Positions 10,003-19,516 of a DNA stretch of 64,000 bases are shown one piece after another. The position numbers and the translations under genes were made by a program. Position 1 is the first letter of the stretch; each line of letters starts with the position of its first letter. The stretch is from the IMG/VR virus record IMGVR_UViG_3300042988_001309, positions 1-64,000 of that record, one strand, 5' to 3'. Below the pieces are notes generated by a model. That model did no database searches and had not been told where the DNA came from. It saw nothing but the letters and a program-made list of their open reading frames with translations. Origin of the DNA: a virus.

Positions 10003-11115
10003 ATGGCCGTTGTGAAGCGCTCGGGCCGTTGGCAGGCCAGCTACCGAGGCCCTGATGGCCGGGAGCGCACCAAGACCTTCGACCTGCGCTCCGACGCCGA
10101 CCGCTGGGTCCGGGACCAACGCACTGCGCTCGACACCGGGACCTGGATCGACCCGTCATCGGCCAAGGTCACCTTCGGCGAGTTCGTCGAGACCTGGAAG
10201 GCCAGCCAGGTCTGGCGCGATGGGACCAGGGCCCTGGTCGACATGCACTTCAAGAACCACGTCCTGCCCACCTGGGAACACCGCCCCATCGGCTCGATCC
10301 GCCCGAGCGAGGCCCAGGCCTGGGTCAAGGGGCTGTCGACCAAGCTCGCCCCGAGCACGATCGAGGTGGTCGTGTCCTACGTGGGTCAGGCGTTCCGGGC
10401 CGCCATCGACGACCGGCTCATCGCCACCAGCCCGCTCACCAGGGTCAAGCTCCCCAAGCGGGAGCACCACGACATCGTGATCCTCACCGCCGCCCAGGTC
10501 GCCGCCATGGCCGCCCGCATCGACGAGCGCTACCGGGCCGTCATCGTCCTGGCCGCCGGGACCGGGATGCGCCAGGGCGAGCTGCTCGGGCTCACCATCG
10601 ACCGGGTCGACTGGCTGCGCAAGACGGTCCGCATCGACCGCCAGCTCTCCTCGGTGAAGGGCCACACGCCCGTCCTGGCCCCACCCAAGACCGCCAGGAG
10701 CGTGCGGACCATCCCAGTGGGCGACGTGGTGATCGAGGCGCTCAGCGCCCACCTGGCGGCCTTCCCGGCCGGAATCGAGGGGCTCATCTTCACCGGGAAG
10801 CGGGGCGACCCGATCCGGCGCTCGACATGGGGGCTCGCCTGGGACGCCCCAGCGCGCGCGATCGGGCTCCCCAAGGGGGTCGGCATCCACTGCCTGCGCC
10901 ACACCCACGCCAGCTTCCTGATCTCGGCCGGGTGCTCGGTCAAGGTGGTCCAGGAGCGCCTCGGCCACGCCACCGCGGCAGAGACCCTCGACACCTACTC
11001 GCACCTGTGGCCCGACGACGACGACCGGAGCCGCCAGGCTGTGGATAACGTCCTCGCCCCGATTCTCGGCCGCGGATCTCGCGGACAAGCCGCGGACAAG
11101 GCTGTGGACTGCTGA
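10003..11115 (+). CDS. int: Tyrosine recombinase / phage integrase
   Basis: N-terminal arm-binding domain (WQASYRGPDGRERTKTF). Catalytic motifs TGMRQGE, PKT, HCLRH, RLGH, DTYSH. Confidence 0.95.
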   Translation: MAVVKRSGRWQASYRGPDGRERTKTFDLRSDADRWVRDQRTALDTGTWIDPSSAKVTFGEFVETWKASQVWRDGTRALVDMHFKNHVLPTWEHRPIGSIRPSEAQAWVKGLSTKLAPSTIEVVVSYVGQAFRAAIDDRLIATSPLTRVKLPKREHHDIVILTAAQVAAMAARIDERYRAVIVLAAGTGMRQGELLGLTIDRVDWLRKTVRIDRQLSSVKGHTPVLAPPKTARSVRTIPVGDVVIEALSAHLAAFPAGIEGLIFTGKRGDPIRRSTWGLAWDAPARAIGLPKGVGIHCLRHTHASFLISAGCSVKVVQERLGHATAAETLDTYSHLWPDDDDRSRQAVDNVLAPILGRGSRGQAADKAVDC

Positions 11116-11327
11116 GGTGTTTGCCCTGGTCAGAGGCACAAATGACGGTGAGTCGGTCTGTAGGCGGGAGACAGTCCCCGGGGTTTCGGTCAACTGGGAT
11201 TACAAGTAGCGCACGTACCCTGACCTGGGGAAATGGCGGTTCCTGTCGGATCGTGTCGGATCGTGTCGGAAACCGTCCCGCGGACAAGCCGCGGACATAC
11301 AGCGTACAAACGCCCCTGTGGATAACG
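11039..11327. other. attP-like region
   Basis: 19-bp direct repeat CGCGGACAAGCCGCGGACA at 11080 and 11279; tandem TGTCGGATCG array at 11244-11270; imperfect inverted CCCTGGTCAG/CTGACCTGGG; located between int and the xis operon. Confidence 0.75.
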
Positions 11328-11329
11328 CC

Positions 11330-11710
11330 TCATTGACGAACGGCCGTGCGCACGAAGTGATACCCATCGGCCATCACGTCGCCCACCTTGGCCGTGCGGC
11401 TACACCGGACCTGATCCCCGCTGGGGTCGACCCCGCGGAGCACGACCATCACGAACGACCGGGCCCACTCCTCGCCGCCGATGAGGGGCTCCTCGGGGAG
11501 GCGGACCGGGATGCCGTCATGGTCCTGGAGCTTCCACATCCCCGGCCCGACGACTCGCAAGGCGTCCATGCCGAACAGCACCTCGACCTCGGTCGGTCGG
11601 GTGGCGGTGTTCCGGTGGGCCATCATCCGCCGGAGGTCGCCGATGACGTACCGGAGCCAGGCGTTCCAGTAGTGCCCCTCGTTCCCCATCATCGACGGCG
11701 GGAGCCTCAT
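11330..11710 (-). CDS. Hypothetical protein
   Basis: ATG at 11710 overlaps the upstream stop (ATGA); MRLPPSMMGNEGHYWNAW... Confidence 0.5.
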   Translation of the reverse strand: MRLPPSMMGNEGHYWNAWLRYVIGDLRRMMAHRNTATRPTEVEVLFGMDALRVVGPGMWKLQDHDGIPVRLPEEPLIGGEEWARSFVMVVLRGVDPSGDQVRCSRTAKVGDVMADGYHFVRTAVRQ

Positions 11711-11886
11711 GGCCTGATGCCCTGGGGCTCGGCCCACTGGCCGTTGGTCGGGCAGATGGGGCACCACAGCTCGTCGTCCGGCCCGAGCACGCGCGGACAC
11801 CCGCACGCCGGGCACGCCAGCCGCCGGGTGACCTCGGCCCGGATGTCGTCGATGATCATGCGCTCGACGCCGCTGGTGTCGCTCAC
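11707..11886 (-). CDS. Small zinc-finger protein
   Basis: 59 aa, absent from the ORF track. GTG start overlaps the xis stop; CPACGC...CPICP. Confidence 0.5.
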   Translation of the reverse strand: MSDTSGVERMIIDDIRAEVTRRLACPACGCPRVLGPDDELWCPICPTNGQWAEPQGIRP

Positions 11887-12083
11887 GAAGGCGTCCCGAG
11901 CTTGAGCATGGCGGGCTCGATGGCATCGACGTGGACCCGCCGGGCCCGGCCGATGGAGATCGACTCGATCACGCCGTCATGGACCCAGCGCTCGACCGTG
12001 CGCCGCGAGACGCTGAACGTCTCGGCGACCTCGTCGAGGGTGAGGTACGTGCGCTGGCTGGGAGGGTGCCGGAAGCTCCGCAT
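11883..12083 (-). CDS. xis: Excisionase / HTH_17 DNA-binding protein
   Basis: YLTLDEVAETFSVSRRTVERWVHDGVIESISIGRARRV. TAGAGT -10 box 7 nt before the ATG. Confidence 0.8.
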   Translation of the reverse strand: MRSFRHPPSQRTYLTLDEVAETFSVSRRTVERWVHDGVIESISIGRARRVHVDAIEPAMLKLGTPS

Positions 12084-12177
12084 GGCGGTGACTCTACCAG
12101 GGTCACTGGTGAAGCGCAGAGGATCGAGGGTCCAACCGTCCGCACCCGTGCCACTGGTGTCGCATACACTGTCACCC

Positions 12178-12405
12178 ATGCCCGCAAAGGTCACGCCCCG
12201 CCGCCCGCTCGGGCGCATCATCCGCGACTCCCGCTCGGCCTCGGGCCTGAGCCAGGCCGAGCTGGCCACCAAGCTCGGTGTCGGCCAGCAGGCGGTGAGC
12301 CAGTGGGAGACGGGCGCCACCATGCCCTCGCTCAAGAACCTGGTCGCCATGAGCCGGGTGCTCGACGTGGAGATCGACTACTTCACCGACGCCGTTCCCG
12401 CCTGA
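12178..12405 (+). CDS. XRE-family HTH regulator (Cro-like)
   Basis: LGRIIRDSR...GLSQAELATKLGVGQQAVSQWETG; divergent from xis. Confidence 0.85.
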   Translation: MPAKVTPRRPLGRIIRDSRSASGLSQAELATKLGVGQQAVSQWETGATMPSLKNLVAMSRVLDVEIDYFTDAVPA

Positions 12406-12418
12406 TCGACAAGGGTGG

Positions 12419-12446
12419 TTGACAAACACACGCGAAGGGCTAGATT
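12419..12446 (+). promoter_or_regulatory. SigA-type promoter for the replication operon
   Basis: TTGACA-16 nt-TAGATT, overlapped by an operator-like 18-mer at 12407. Confidence 0.6.
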
Positions 12447-12493
12447 CTCGACAGGGCCAACCAGAGGCTCTGGTAAAGAGAGGATGACCGACC

Positions 12494-13102
12494 GTGACCA
12501 TGACCGAGGAGACCCCAACGTGGGGCGTCGACCCGCTCGATGAGCTGGAGGAGTTCGCCTACGGCGACGACCGCGAGCCCGACGCCCAGCTCCCCACCAG
12601 CGCCATCGAGGCCAACGAGCTGCTCGGGCGGCGCAACCGCCTGGAGCGCAAGATGGCCGAGGACAAGGCCGTGGCCGAGGCGATGATCGCCAAGGCCCGC
12701 GAGTGGCTGACCGACCGGCTGACCGTGCGCGCCAACCAGATCGAGCGGGTCGACTGGGCCCTCAAGGGCTGGCACCGTGCGGTGCTGGACGAGGACCCGA
12801 GCCAGCTCACCATCAAGCTCCCCAACGGCGAGCTGACCGCCCGCAAGATCAGTGACGAGTGGGTCTACGACGAGGAGCCCTTCAAGGCCTGGGCCGAGGC
12901 GAACAACCACAAGGCCATGCTCCGGGTCACCACCGAGGTGGCCAAGACCGAGGCCAAGAAACGACTGGTGATCGGCACCGGCACGGTCGACAACACCACC
13001 CGCGTCGAGCGGTGCAAGGTCATGTGCGACGACGAGGTGGTCCCCGGGGTGGAGGTCGTGCGCCATCTCGACCGGAAGTTCAACGTCAAGGGCACGGCGT
13101 AG
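12494..13102 (+). CDS. Mu Gam-like host-nuclease inhibitor
   Basis: Long N-terminal coiled coil, TIKLPNGELTARK, C-terminal EVVPGVEV...F.VK. Confidence 0.7.
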   Translation: MTMTEETPTWGVDPLDELEEFAYGDDREPDAQLPTSAIEANELLGRRNRLERKMAEDKAVAEAMIAKAREWLTDRLTVRANQIERVDWALKGWHRAVLDEDPSQLTIKLPNGELTARKISDEWVYDEEPFKAWAEANNHKAMLRVTTEVAKTEAKKRLVIGTGTVDNTTRVERCKVMCDDEVVPGVEVVRHLDRKFNVKGTA

Positions 13103-13121
13103 AGTCGCGCTCCCTGGAAAT

Positions 13122-13153
13122 GCAAGAGCCGGGCCCCGAGACCCGGCTCTTGC
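13122..13153. terminator. Stem-loop after the gam-like gene
   Basis: 12-bp perfect stem GCAAGAGCCGGG/CCCGGCTCTTGC; no U-tract. Confidence 0.5.
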
Positions 13154-13237
13154 CCCACTTCCCAATGGATGCCAAACCCGGAGGTACTGACCAGTGCATT
13201 GTATCAGGACAACCGAGATGAACCAGCGGTGCGACTC

Positions 13238-14137
13238 ATGAGCATGAAGTTCATGAACTGGGTCTGGGACCACTCGCCCTACGAGGGCACGATGCTGGTC
13301 GTACATCTCGCTCTGGCCGACTGGTGCAACGACGACGGCCTGTCCCTGTACCCCAAGGTGAAGCAGATCGCCCTCAAGGCGCGCTGCACCGAGCGACGTG
13401 CTCAGCAGGTCCTCGCGCAGATGATCGAGGACGGGTTCCTGGTCCGCACCGCGTCCGGCGGCGGCCGGGGGAGGCCTGCCCAGTTCCGGCTCCTACGCCC
13501 GGAAACCCTGCAACAGGTTTCAGTGAAACCAGAAACGGTGAAGCCGGTTTCGGTGAAACCTGAGGCCGTAAAGGGTGAAATCCAGAGTCACGAAAGGGTG
13601 AAATCCAGCGCAGATACCTATATCCCTAATAAGGAACCATCAGTAGAACCACCATGTCCCTCGCCGACGGCTGCGCCATCAGCGGCGCCGATGATGCCAG
13701 AGGTGTCTGATGATGCCCGACGACTGGCCGACCTCATGGCCGACCTCATCGCCTCCCGCGACGGGGCGAAACGCCCGACGGTCACCCGGTCCTGGCTCAC
13801 GGCGATGGACCGCCTCATCCGCCTCGATGGCCGCGCTCCCGACCAGATCGAGCGCACGCTTCGCTGGCTCGACGCCGCCGCCGATCCGGTGAGCGAGTTC
13901 TGGCGACCCAACGTCCGATCCCCCGAGAAGCTCCGCGAGCGCTGGGACCAGATGCGCGAGCAACACGCCAGCCGACGGGCCGCCTCGCCCGCCAAGGCGA
14001 CCGGCGCGATGTCGGCACTGGAGGCCGCCGCGGAGCGCATGAGCGCCGGGACCATCCGGCCGCTGTTCGGCAACCAACCCACCCCCAATGACCCCACGAT
14101 CGTCGATGCCGAGTCGTGGGAGGAAGGCCCGGCATGA
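13238..14137 (+). CDS. Replication initiator (wHTH, lambda O/RepA-like)
   Basis: LVVHLALADWCNDDG...YPKVKQIA...CTERRAQQVL..M...GFL. C-terminal FWRPNVRSPEKLRERWDQM. Confidence 0.8.
   Translation: MSMKFMNWVWDHSPYEGTMLVVHLALADWCNDDGLSLYPKVKQIALKARCTERRAQQVLAQMIEDGFLVRTASGGGRGRPAQFRLLRPETLQQVSVKPETVKPVSVKPEAVKGEIQSHERVKSSADTYIPNKEPSVEPPCPSPTAAPSAAPMMPEVSDDARRLADLMADLIASRDGAKRPTVTRSWLTAMDRLIRLDGRAPDQIERTLRWLDAAADPVSEFWRPNVRSPEKLRERWDQMREQHASRRAASPAKATGAMSALEAAAERMSAGTIRPLFGNQPTPNDPTIVDAESWEEGPA
13500..13632 (+). repeat. Iteron-like origin within the initiator gene
   Basis: Repeated (G/A)GTGAA(A/G) units; AAAGGGTGAAATCCAG occurs twice; followed by an AT-richer tract. Confidence 0.65.
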
Positions 14138-14766
14138 GCCCCACCGAGATCCTGTCCGTCATGAAGCTGGTCAAGGCGACCTGGCCCAACTGGCGAGCCC
14201 CAGCCGACCCCGACGCCGCCGACGCTGCCCTCCAGGCCTGGAGCGCGCTGGTCGGCGACCTGCCCCTCGACGCCGTGGTTGCGTCGATCCTCGCCTACGC
14301 CGCCGAGGGCCATGAGTTCCCGCCTCCGGTCGGCGTCATCCGCAAGCGGGTGATCGAGGCGGCCGAGCGCTCGTCGGGCTCGATGGCCCCGACGGTGGAC
14401 CAGGCCTGGGAGGAGATCCGCATGTGCATCCGCTCGCACGGCATGTACCGGGTCCCCGGGCAGGACTTCGGCTTCTCGCACCCCGCCATCGCCGACGTGG
14501 TCCGCTCGATGGGCTGGCAGGAGCTGTGCATCAGCGAGAACTTCGACGTGGTCGACCGGGCTCACTTCCAGAAGCTCTACCCGAACGCCGTGGCCCGTCA
14601 TGCCGCCGACCCCCGGCCGCCCGAGGTCGCCGCCATCCTCGACACCTTGGCCGAGCGGTTCAAGCTCCCCGAACTGGACGGCCCCGTGCGTCGCCAGGAG
14701 GCGCTGCCGCCTTCCCCGCCCCGACCCACTACCCCCACCACCTACGGGCCTCTCCGGCTCGTTTAG
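14134..14766 (+). CDS. Replicative helicase loader/inhibitor (G39P-like)
   Basis: Overlaps the initiator stop. W..LVGDLP...EFPPPVGVIR...AWEEI...VVRSMGWQELC.SEN..VDRAHF pattern. Confidence 0.65.
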   Translation: MSPTEILSVMKLVKATWPNWRAPADPDAADAALQAWSALVGDLPLDAVVASILAYAAEGHEFPPPVGVIRKRVIEAAERSSGSMAPTVDQAWEEIRMCIRSHGMYRVPGQDFGFSHPAIADVVRSMGWQELCISENFDVVDRAHFQKLYPNAVARHAADPRPPEVAAILDTLAERFKLPELDGPVRRQEALPPSPPRPTTPTTYGPLRLV

Positions 14767-14809
14767 CGCCAACCCATACCAGAGCAACTGATCTAGACTC
14801 GGAGGACAG

Positions 14810-15193
14810 ATGAACGACCAACTCGACCTCTTTGCCGGGCCCACCGTGGCACCGGAGCCCAAGACCCTGGCCACTGCGCGCCGGGAGCGGGACGAGGCCG
14901 TCACGCGCATCGCCGACAAGGCCGCCCCGGCCTGGCGTGCGTACATGATCAAGACGGTGACCGCCATCGGCAAGCGCCGGGGCACGTTCACCACCGACGA
15001 CGTGTGGGACGTGGTCGACGCCGACCCGAACGCCCCGATGGTCCACGACCGCCGGGCGCTCGGGCCACTGATGCTCGGCCTGTCTCGCGAGGGCGTCGTC
15101 GAGCGCATCGGCTACGTGCAGTCGAGGCGCCGCCATGCAACACCCATCCCTGTCTGGGCTTGGGCCACCAACGATCAGCGGAGGACCGCATGA
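14810..15193 (+). CDS. Hypothetical protein (wHTH-like; N-terminal QLDLF clamp-type motif)
   Basis: GGAGG RBS; FTTDDVW...RALGPLM. Confidence 0.6.
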   Translation: MNDQLDLFAGPTVAPEPKTLATARRERDEAVTRIADKAAPAWRAYMIKTVTAIGKRRGTFTTDDVWDVVDADPNAPMVHDRRALGPLMLGLSREGVVERIGYVQSRRRHATPIPVWAWATNDQRRTA

Positions 15194-15477
15194 CGACCAT
15201 GACGACCACGATCGAGGCCGAGCTGGAACGCCTGTCGGCCATCGCCGATCCGATCGAGCGGGCGCGGGAGCTGGGCAAGCTCATCCCCACGTCCGAGGAC
15301 CTGCTCCGCCAGGTCCGCCTCGCTCGCGCTGCCGCGGTGGCCGAGGCCAACGTCGAGCACGGGCTGAGCTACCCGCGCATCGCGGAAGCCCTCGACATCA
15401 ACGAGTCCAACATCCAGCACCTCATCCAAACCGCTGGCGTCCGGCGTCGTGTCGGCCGCCCCCCTCGGAAGGGATAA
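15190..15477 (+). CDS. HTH DNA-binding protein
   Basis: GLSYPRIAEALDINESNIQHLI. Confidence 0.65.
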   Translation: MTTMTTTIEAELERLSAIADPIERARELGKLIPTSEDLLRQVRLARAAAVAEANVEHGLSYPRIAEALDINESNIQHLIQTAGVRRRVGRPPRKG

Positions 15478-15689
15478 CGACCATGAGCCACCAGGCCGTA
15501 GCCGTCATCGCCGAGTTGGTTGGTGGGGCTCATGACGGCCGGTGGCTGGAGATCGTTCCCAACTGCCGGATGATCATGATGCCCGACGCCAGCTCGTTCT
15601 CGACGGTGACCTACACCCCTCTCGGCCGGACCCGCACGGTGGGCAACACCACCGTGGTGATGTTCGGTCTTTCCGACCCGATGGCATCG

Positions 15690-15707
15690 GGTCAATAGGG
15701 CTTGACC
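15690..15707. promoter_or_regulatory. Operator GGTCAA-N6-TTGACC (perfect), overlapping a -35 box
   Basis: GGTCAATAGGGCTTGACC; TAGATT lies 18 nt downstream. Confidence 0.8.
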
Positions 15708-15737
15708 AGAACTACCGATGACGGTTAGATTCCACTC

Positions 15738-18074
15738 ATGACCACATCGACCTATGACCTCCAGGCCAGCGCCGGTGAGCTACTTGTCGCGTGCAAGGCG
15801 CTCACCGGCCTGGACCAGGATCACTGCACCGAGGAGAACGGCATCGGCTGGTCCGGCCCGGACTCCAACATCGGTCACCAGCTCGCCGCCGTTCCCGCCG
15901 ATCGCTGGACGGCCGCCATGGCCCGCTGCGCATGGGAGATCCTGCGCAAGTACAAGAACACCCAGCTCCCGGTGTTCGGCATCAACTGGGAGGGCTTCGT
16001 CGAGCCCCCGGCCGATCTCAGCGCCCTCGTCGGGCGCACCGACGCCTGGAAGCTGAGCCGCCCCAAGGTGGTCCCGACCCTGACGCTGGAGGGCCGCACC
16101 TTGGTGCTCAAGGCCCCCTACGACCCTGAGCGAGTCGGCGCTGCCCGCTCGATCCCGGGCCGCCGCTGGAACGGTGACCGCAAGGTCGACGAGTTCCCCC
16201 TCACCTCCGCCCAGGCCGTCATCGCGCTGGCCACCAAGTACGGCATCGACATCTCGCCCGAGGTGGTCGCCCTCGGTGAGTCGTTCACCGCCGCCGCTGC
16301 GGCCCCGCTGGCCGATCACGTCACGGTCGACGACGACGGCCGCCTGGCCATTCGGGCCGACATCATCCGAGACGACGCCAACGTGCGAGCCACGTTCCGC
16401 GCCGCGGTCCCCGGTGTGCGCTGGGACGGCAACGGCAAGCGCTGGGTGGTTCCCGAGACCATGGTCGTCCAGGCCTACGACTGGGCCACCGCTCGCAAGC
16501 TGCGCATCTCGGCCGCCGCCACCGACCGGGCCGAGGCCGCTCGGGCCAAGCGGGCCTTCCTGGCCGACGCCAGCCGAGCCCTCGACGCCGAGGAGATCGA
16601 GGTCCCCGGCATGGCCCCCGGGATGCGCCTGATGCCCTACCAGCGCGCCGGTGTCCGCTACGCCCTGTCGGTGCGCCGGGCACTCATCGGCGACGCCATG
16701 GGGCTCGGCAAGACCCTCCAGGCCCTCGCCGCAACTGCGGTTGACAACGCCTTCCCGGTGGTGATCGTCGCCAAGAACACCCTCAAGTTCAACTGGCGGG
16801 CCGAGATCACCAAGTTCTTCCCCGGCTGGAACGTCGAGGTCGTCTCGGGCACCAAGCGTGCGGCGCTGCCCGCCGCCGACGCCTACATCGTCAACTACGA
16901 CATCCTCGCCGACCGGGCCGAGGACCTGATCGCCGTGGGCCCCAAGGCTCTGGTGGTCGACGAGAGCCACTACATCAAGAACAGCGGCACTCAGTCCAAG
17001 CCGGTGCGCCGCACCCAGGCCGCCCTGGAGCTGGCCAAGGTGGTGCGCGACACCAAGGGCCTGGTGCTGCTGCTGTCGGGCACCCCGGTGGTGAACCGGC
17101 CGATCGAGTTGATCAACCAGCTCAAGGCGCTCGGTTGCCTCAACGCCTTCGGCGGGACCTCGGGCTTCAAGCGCCGCTACTGCGGGGCGAGCTACAACGC
17201 CTTCGGCGCCACGTACAACGGCTCGTCGAACGAGGTCGAGCTGCACGAACTGCTGCGCCAGACGTGCATGATCCGCCGCAAGAAACAAGACGTGCTCACC
17301 GAGCTGCCCGACCGCCGTCATGCCGAGGTGTGGTTGGAGCTGAGCGACAAGGCCATCGGCAAGTACCGCGAGGTCGAGGCCGACGTGGTCGGGTTCCTGG
17401 CCATGCGAGCCCGGGAGCTGGCCGAGGCCGCCGGAGAGGACGGCGACGCCGCCGCCTGGCAGGCCGCCATCCGGGCCGAGGCCGCCATGCACCTGGTGCG
17501 CATCGCCGCACTCAAGCGGGCCGCCATGCAAGCCAAGTTGACGATGGCCCTGGAGTGGATCGACGACTTCCTCGCCGAGGACGACGGGAGCAAGATCATC
17601 CTGTTCGCCGAGCACATCGAGGCCGTGGAGACGCTGGCCGAGCGCTACGCCGACAACGGTGCGGTGAAGGTGCGCGGCGGGGTCAAGCCCGAGGATCGCC
17701 AGCGGGCGGTGGATGCCTTCCAGAACAACCCGGCGACCCGAGTGTTCGTCGCCAACTTTGAGGCGGGCAAAGAGGGGCTCACCCTCACCGCCGCCAGCGA
17801 CGTGGCCTTCCTCCAGCTCGGCTGGACCCCAGGCGGCCACGACCAGGCGATCGACCGGGCCTACGGCCGGGTCAACGACCCCCACGGCGCCACCGGCTGG
17901 TATCTGATGGCCGCCGACACCATCGACGCCGACATCTGGGAGCTGCTCGCCGAGAAGCGGGCCGTGGTGGACGCCGTGGTCGATGGCGACATCGCCGAGG
18001 ACCCGTCATCGGGCGGGTCGGTCCTCGGGGACCTGGTGGTCAAGCTGGCCAAGCGGGGGATGGAGCGGGCATGA
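15738..18074 (+). CDS. SNF2-family helicase/ATPase with HARP-like N-terminal repeats
   Basis: DAMGLGKT, VVDESH, LSGTP, GKEGLTL, QAIDRAYGR; two PGxRWxG units upstream. Confidence 0.9.
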   Translation: MTTSTYDLQASAGELLVACKALTGLDQDHCTEENGIGWSGPDSNIGHQLAAVPADRWTAAMARCAWEILRKYKNTQLPVFGINWEGFVEPPADLSALVGRTDAWKLSRPKVVPTLTLEGRTLVLKAPYDPERVGAARSIPGRRWNGDRKVDEFPLTSAQAVIALATKYGIDISPEVVALGESFTAAAAAPLADHVTVDDDGRLAIRADIIRDDANVRATFRAAVPGVRWDGNGKRWVVPETMVVQAYDWATARKLRISAAATDRAEAARAKRAFLADASRALDAEEIEVPGMAPGMRLMPYQRAGVRYALSVRRALIGDAMGLGKTLQALAATAVDNAFPVVIVAKNTLKFNWRAEITKFFPGWNVEVVSGTKRAALPAADAYIVNYDILADRAEDLIAVGPKALVVDESHYIKNSGTQSKPVRRTQAALELAKVVRDTKGLVLLLSGTPVVNRPIELINQLKALGCLNAFGGTSGFKRRYCGASYNAFGATYNGSSNEVELHELLRQTCMIRRKKQDVLTELPDRRHAEVWLELSDKAIGKYREVEADVVGFLAMRARELAEAAGEDGDAAAWQAAIRAEAAMHLVRIAALKRAAMQAKLTMALEWIDDFLAEDDGSKIILFAEHIEAVETLAERYADNGAVKVRGGVKPEDRQRAVDAFQNNPATRVFVANFEAGKEGLTLTAASDVAFLQLGWTPGGHDQAIDRAYGRVNDPHGATGWYLMAADTIDADIWELLAEKRAVVDAVVDGDIAEDPSSGGSVLGDLVVKLAKRGMERA

Positions 18075-18622
18075 CCATCCACTTCACCGGCGACCTGCAC
18101 ATCGGCCACAAGGGCATCTTGCGGCTGACCAACCGGGGCTACACGACGATGGTCGACATGGTCGAGGCCATCAACGCCGCCTGGCGCCAGACGGTGGCCC
18201 CCAACGACGACGTGTACGTGCTCGGCGATTTCGGGTTCGGCCCATCGAGCTACCTCGCCCCGATCTTCGACGCCCTGCCCGGCCGTAAGCACCTGATCAT
18301 CGGCAACCACGACGAGCAGAACCCCGCCGTGCTCAAGCTGCCCTGGGCCTCGATGGCGCACTACCGCAAGGTCCGCCTCGACGGCCGCCGGATCATCTTG
18401 AGCCACTACCCGTTCACCACCTGGGATGGGGCCCACCGCGGCTACCTCCACCTCCACGGCCACAGCCATGGGACCCTCCTCGACAAGCGGCCCGGCCGCA
18501 TGGACGTGGGGGTCGACGCCCTCGGCCGGTTCGCCCCGATCACCTTCGACGACGTGGTCACCGTGCTCGATGCCGAGGCCTACGTCCCGATCGACCACCA
18601 CCGACAAGAGGGAGCCGCATGA
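18071..18622 (+). CDS. Calcineurin-like metallophosphoesterase
   Basis: DLH, LGD, GNHD, HYP, HGHSH, DVGVD motifs. Confidence 0.9.
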   Translation: MTIHFTGDLHIGHKGILRLTNRGYTTMVDMVEAINAAWRQTVAPNDDVYVLGDFGFGPSSYLAPIFDALPGRKHLIIGNHDEQNPAVLKLPWASMAHYRKVRLDGRRIILSHYPFTTWDGAHRGYLHLHGHSHGTLLDKRPGRMDVGVDALGRFAPITFDDVVTVLDAEAYVPIDHHRQEGAA

Positions 18623-18915
18623 CGAAGGCAAAGGTCCGCCCCGAGATCCGTGGGCTCGTCGAGCCCACCCTGGCCGAACGCTCCGACGAGCCCCTGGTGC
18701 TCATGGGCATCAAGTGCCTCGCCTGCGGTGGCGACCTGCTGCCCATGTTTGAAGCCCCGGGCACCCCGCACATCGTGACCAAGGTCGTGCTGGCCTGCTC
18801 GACCAGGGGCTGCGCCGGAGCGTGGATGGCCACGCTGTCGTTGCGCGCCCTCAAGCCCCACGAAGTCGAGCGCCTCGCCAGCGAGGCCCGAGCGCAACTG
18901 GCGTTGCGCGTATAG
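18619..18915 (+). CDS. Zinc-ribbon hypothetical protein
   Basis: CLAC...CSTRGC; ATGA coupling. Confidence 0.5.
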   Translation: MTKAKVRPEIRGLVEPTLAERSDEPLVLMGIKCLACGGDLLPMFEAPGTPHIVTKVVLACSTRGCAGAWMATLSLRALKPHEVERLASEARAQLALRV

Positions 18916-18954
18916 GGTCTAGCTGACTTGACCGCCCAACCCTGTGGAGCGCCC

Positions 18955-19230
18955 GTGAGCACGACCGAGAAGAAACCGCCGCCCAAGGCCGTCATGGACC
19001 GCCTGGCCAAGGTTGCCGACATGCTGGAACGCAACCGCGCCAAGACCGAGGAGCTGGTGCGCGAGCGCGACAACATCCTGGCCGACACCTACCTGACCTA
19101 CGACGTGGACATGCCGACGCTGGCCGAGGTCGGCAGGGTCAAGAAACAGTGGGTCCACAAGGTGGTCTCCGACCGACGCACGGCGCTCGACCAACTGGCG
19201 ACCATCCGCAAGAACCTGAACAAAGACTGA
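18955..19230 (+). CDS. HTH-like hypothetical protein
   Basis: DMPTLAEVGRVKKQWVHKVV; operator site immediately upstream. Confidence 0.5.
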   Translation: MSTTEKKPPPKAVMDRLAKVADMLERNRAKTEELVRERDNILADTYLTYDVDMPTLAEVGRVKKQWVHKVVSDRRTALDQLATIRKNLNKD

Positions 19231-19233
19231 GCC

Positions 19234-19473
19234 GTGGCCGAGCCGACCATCGAGGTCGGCATCGAGACAACGCCCGATGGGCGCCACCTCGTCTTTGTCA
19301 TCTGGGAGCACGACGCCGGAGGGTGCCGTCATTGGCTCACCCCCCAGGGTGCGGCCGATGTGGCCGGGGCCCTGCTGGAGTCCGCGATCACCGCCGACAA
19401 GCTCGACGAGGAGTCCGATGCCGAGGAGAAGGCTCGGAGGGTGGCTTGGCCTCCACCCAGGAAGGCCAAGTAA
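19234..19473 (+). CDS. Hypothetical protein
   Basis: 79 aa with typical codon usage. Confidence 0.5.
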   Translation: MAEPTIEVGIETTPDGRHLVFVIWEHDAGGCRHWLTPQGAADVAGALLESAITADKLDEESDAEEKARRVAWPPPRKAK

Positions 19474-19510
19474 ATCCCACTTGACCTGATTCAGCATCGG
19501 TGGCTAGAAT
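19469..19510 (+). promoter_or_regulatory. Operator/promoter for the DUF2786 operon
   Basis: AGTAAATCCCACTTGACC-N18-TAGAAT, 6 nt before the ATG. Confidence 0.7.
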
Positions 19511-19516
19511 CGCCTC

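Noticed and set aside
14782-14799. Additional operator copy GAGCAA-N6-TAGACT (also 37103 GGTAAA-N6-CTACCC)
   Set aside because: Four or more mismatches to the consensus; cannot be told from chance without a scoring matrix.
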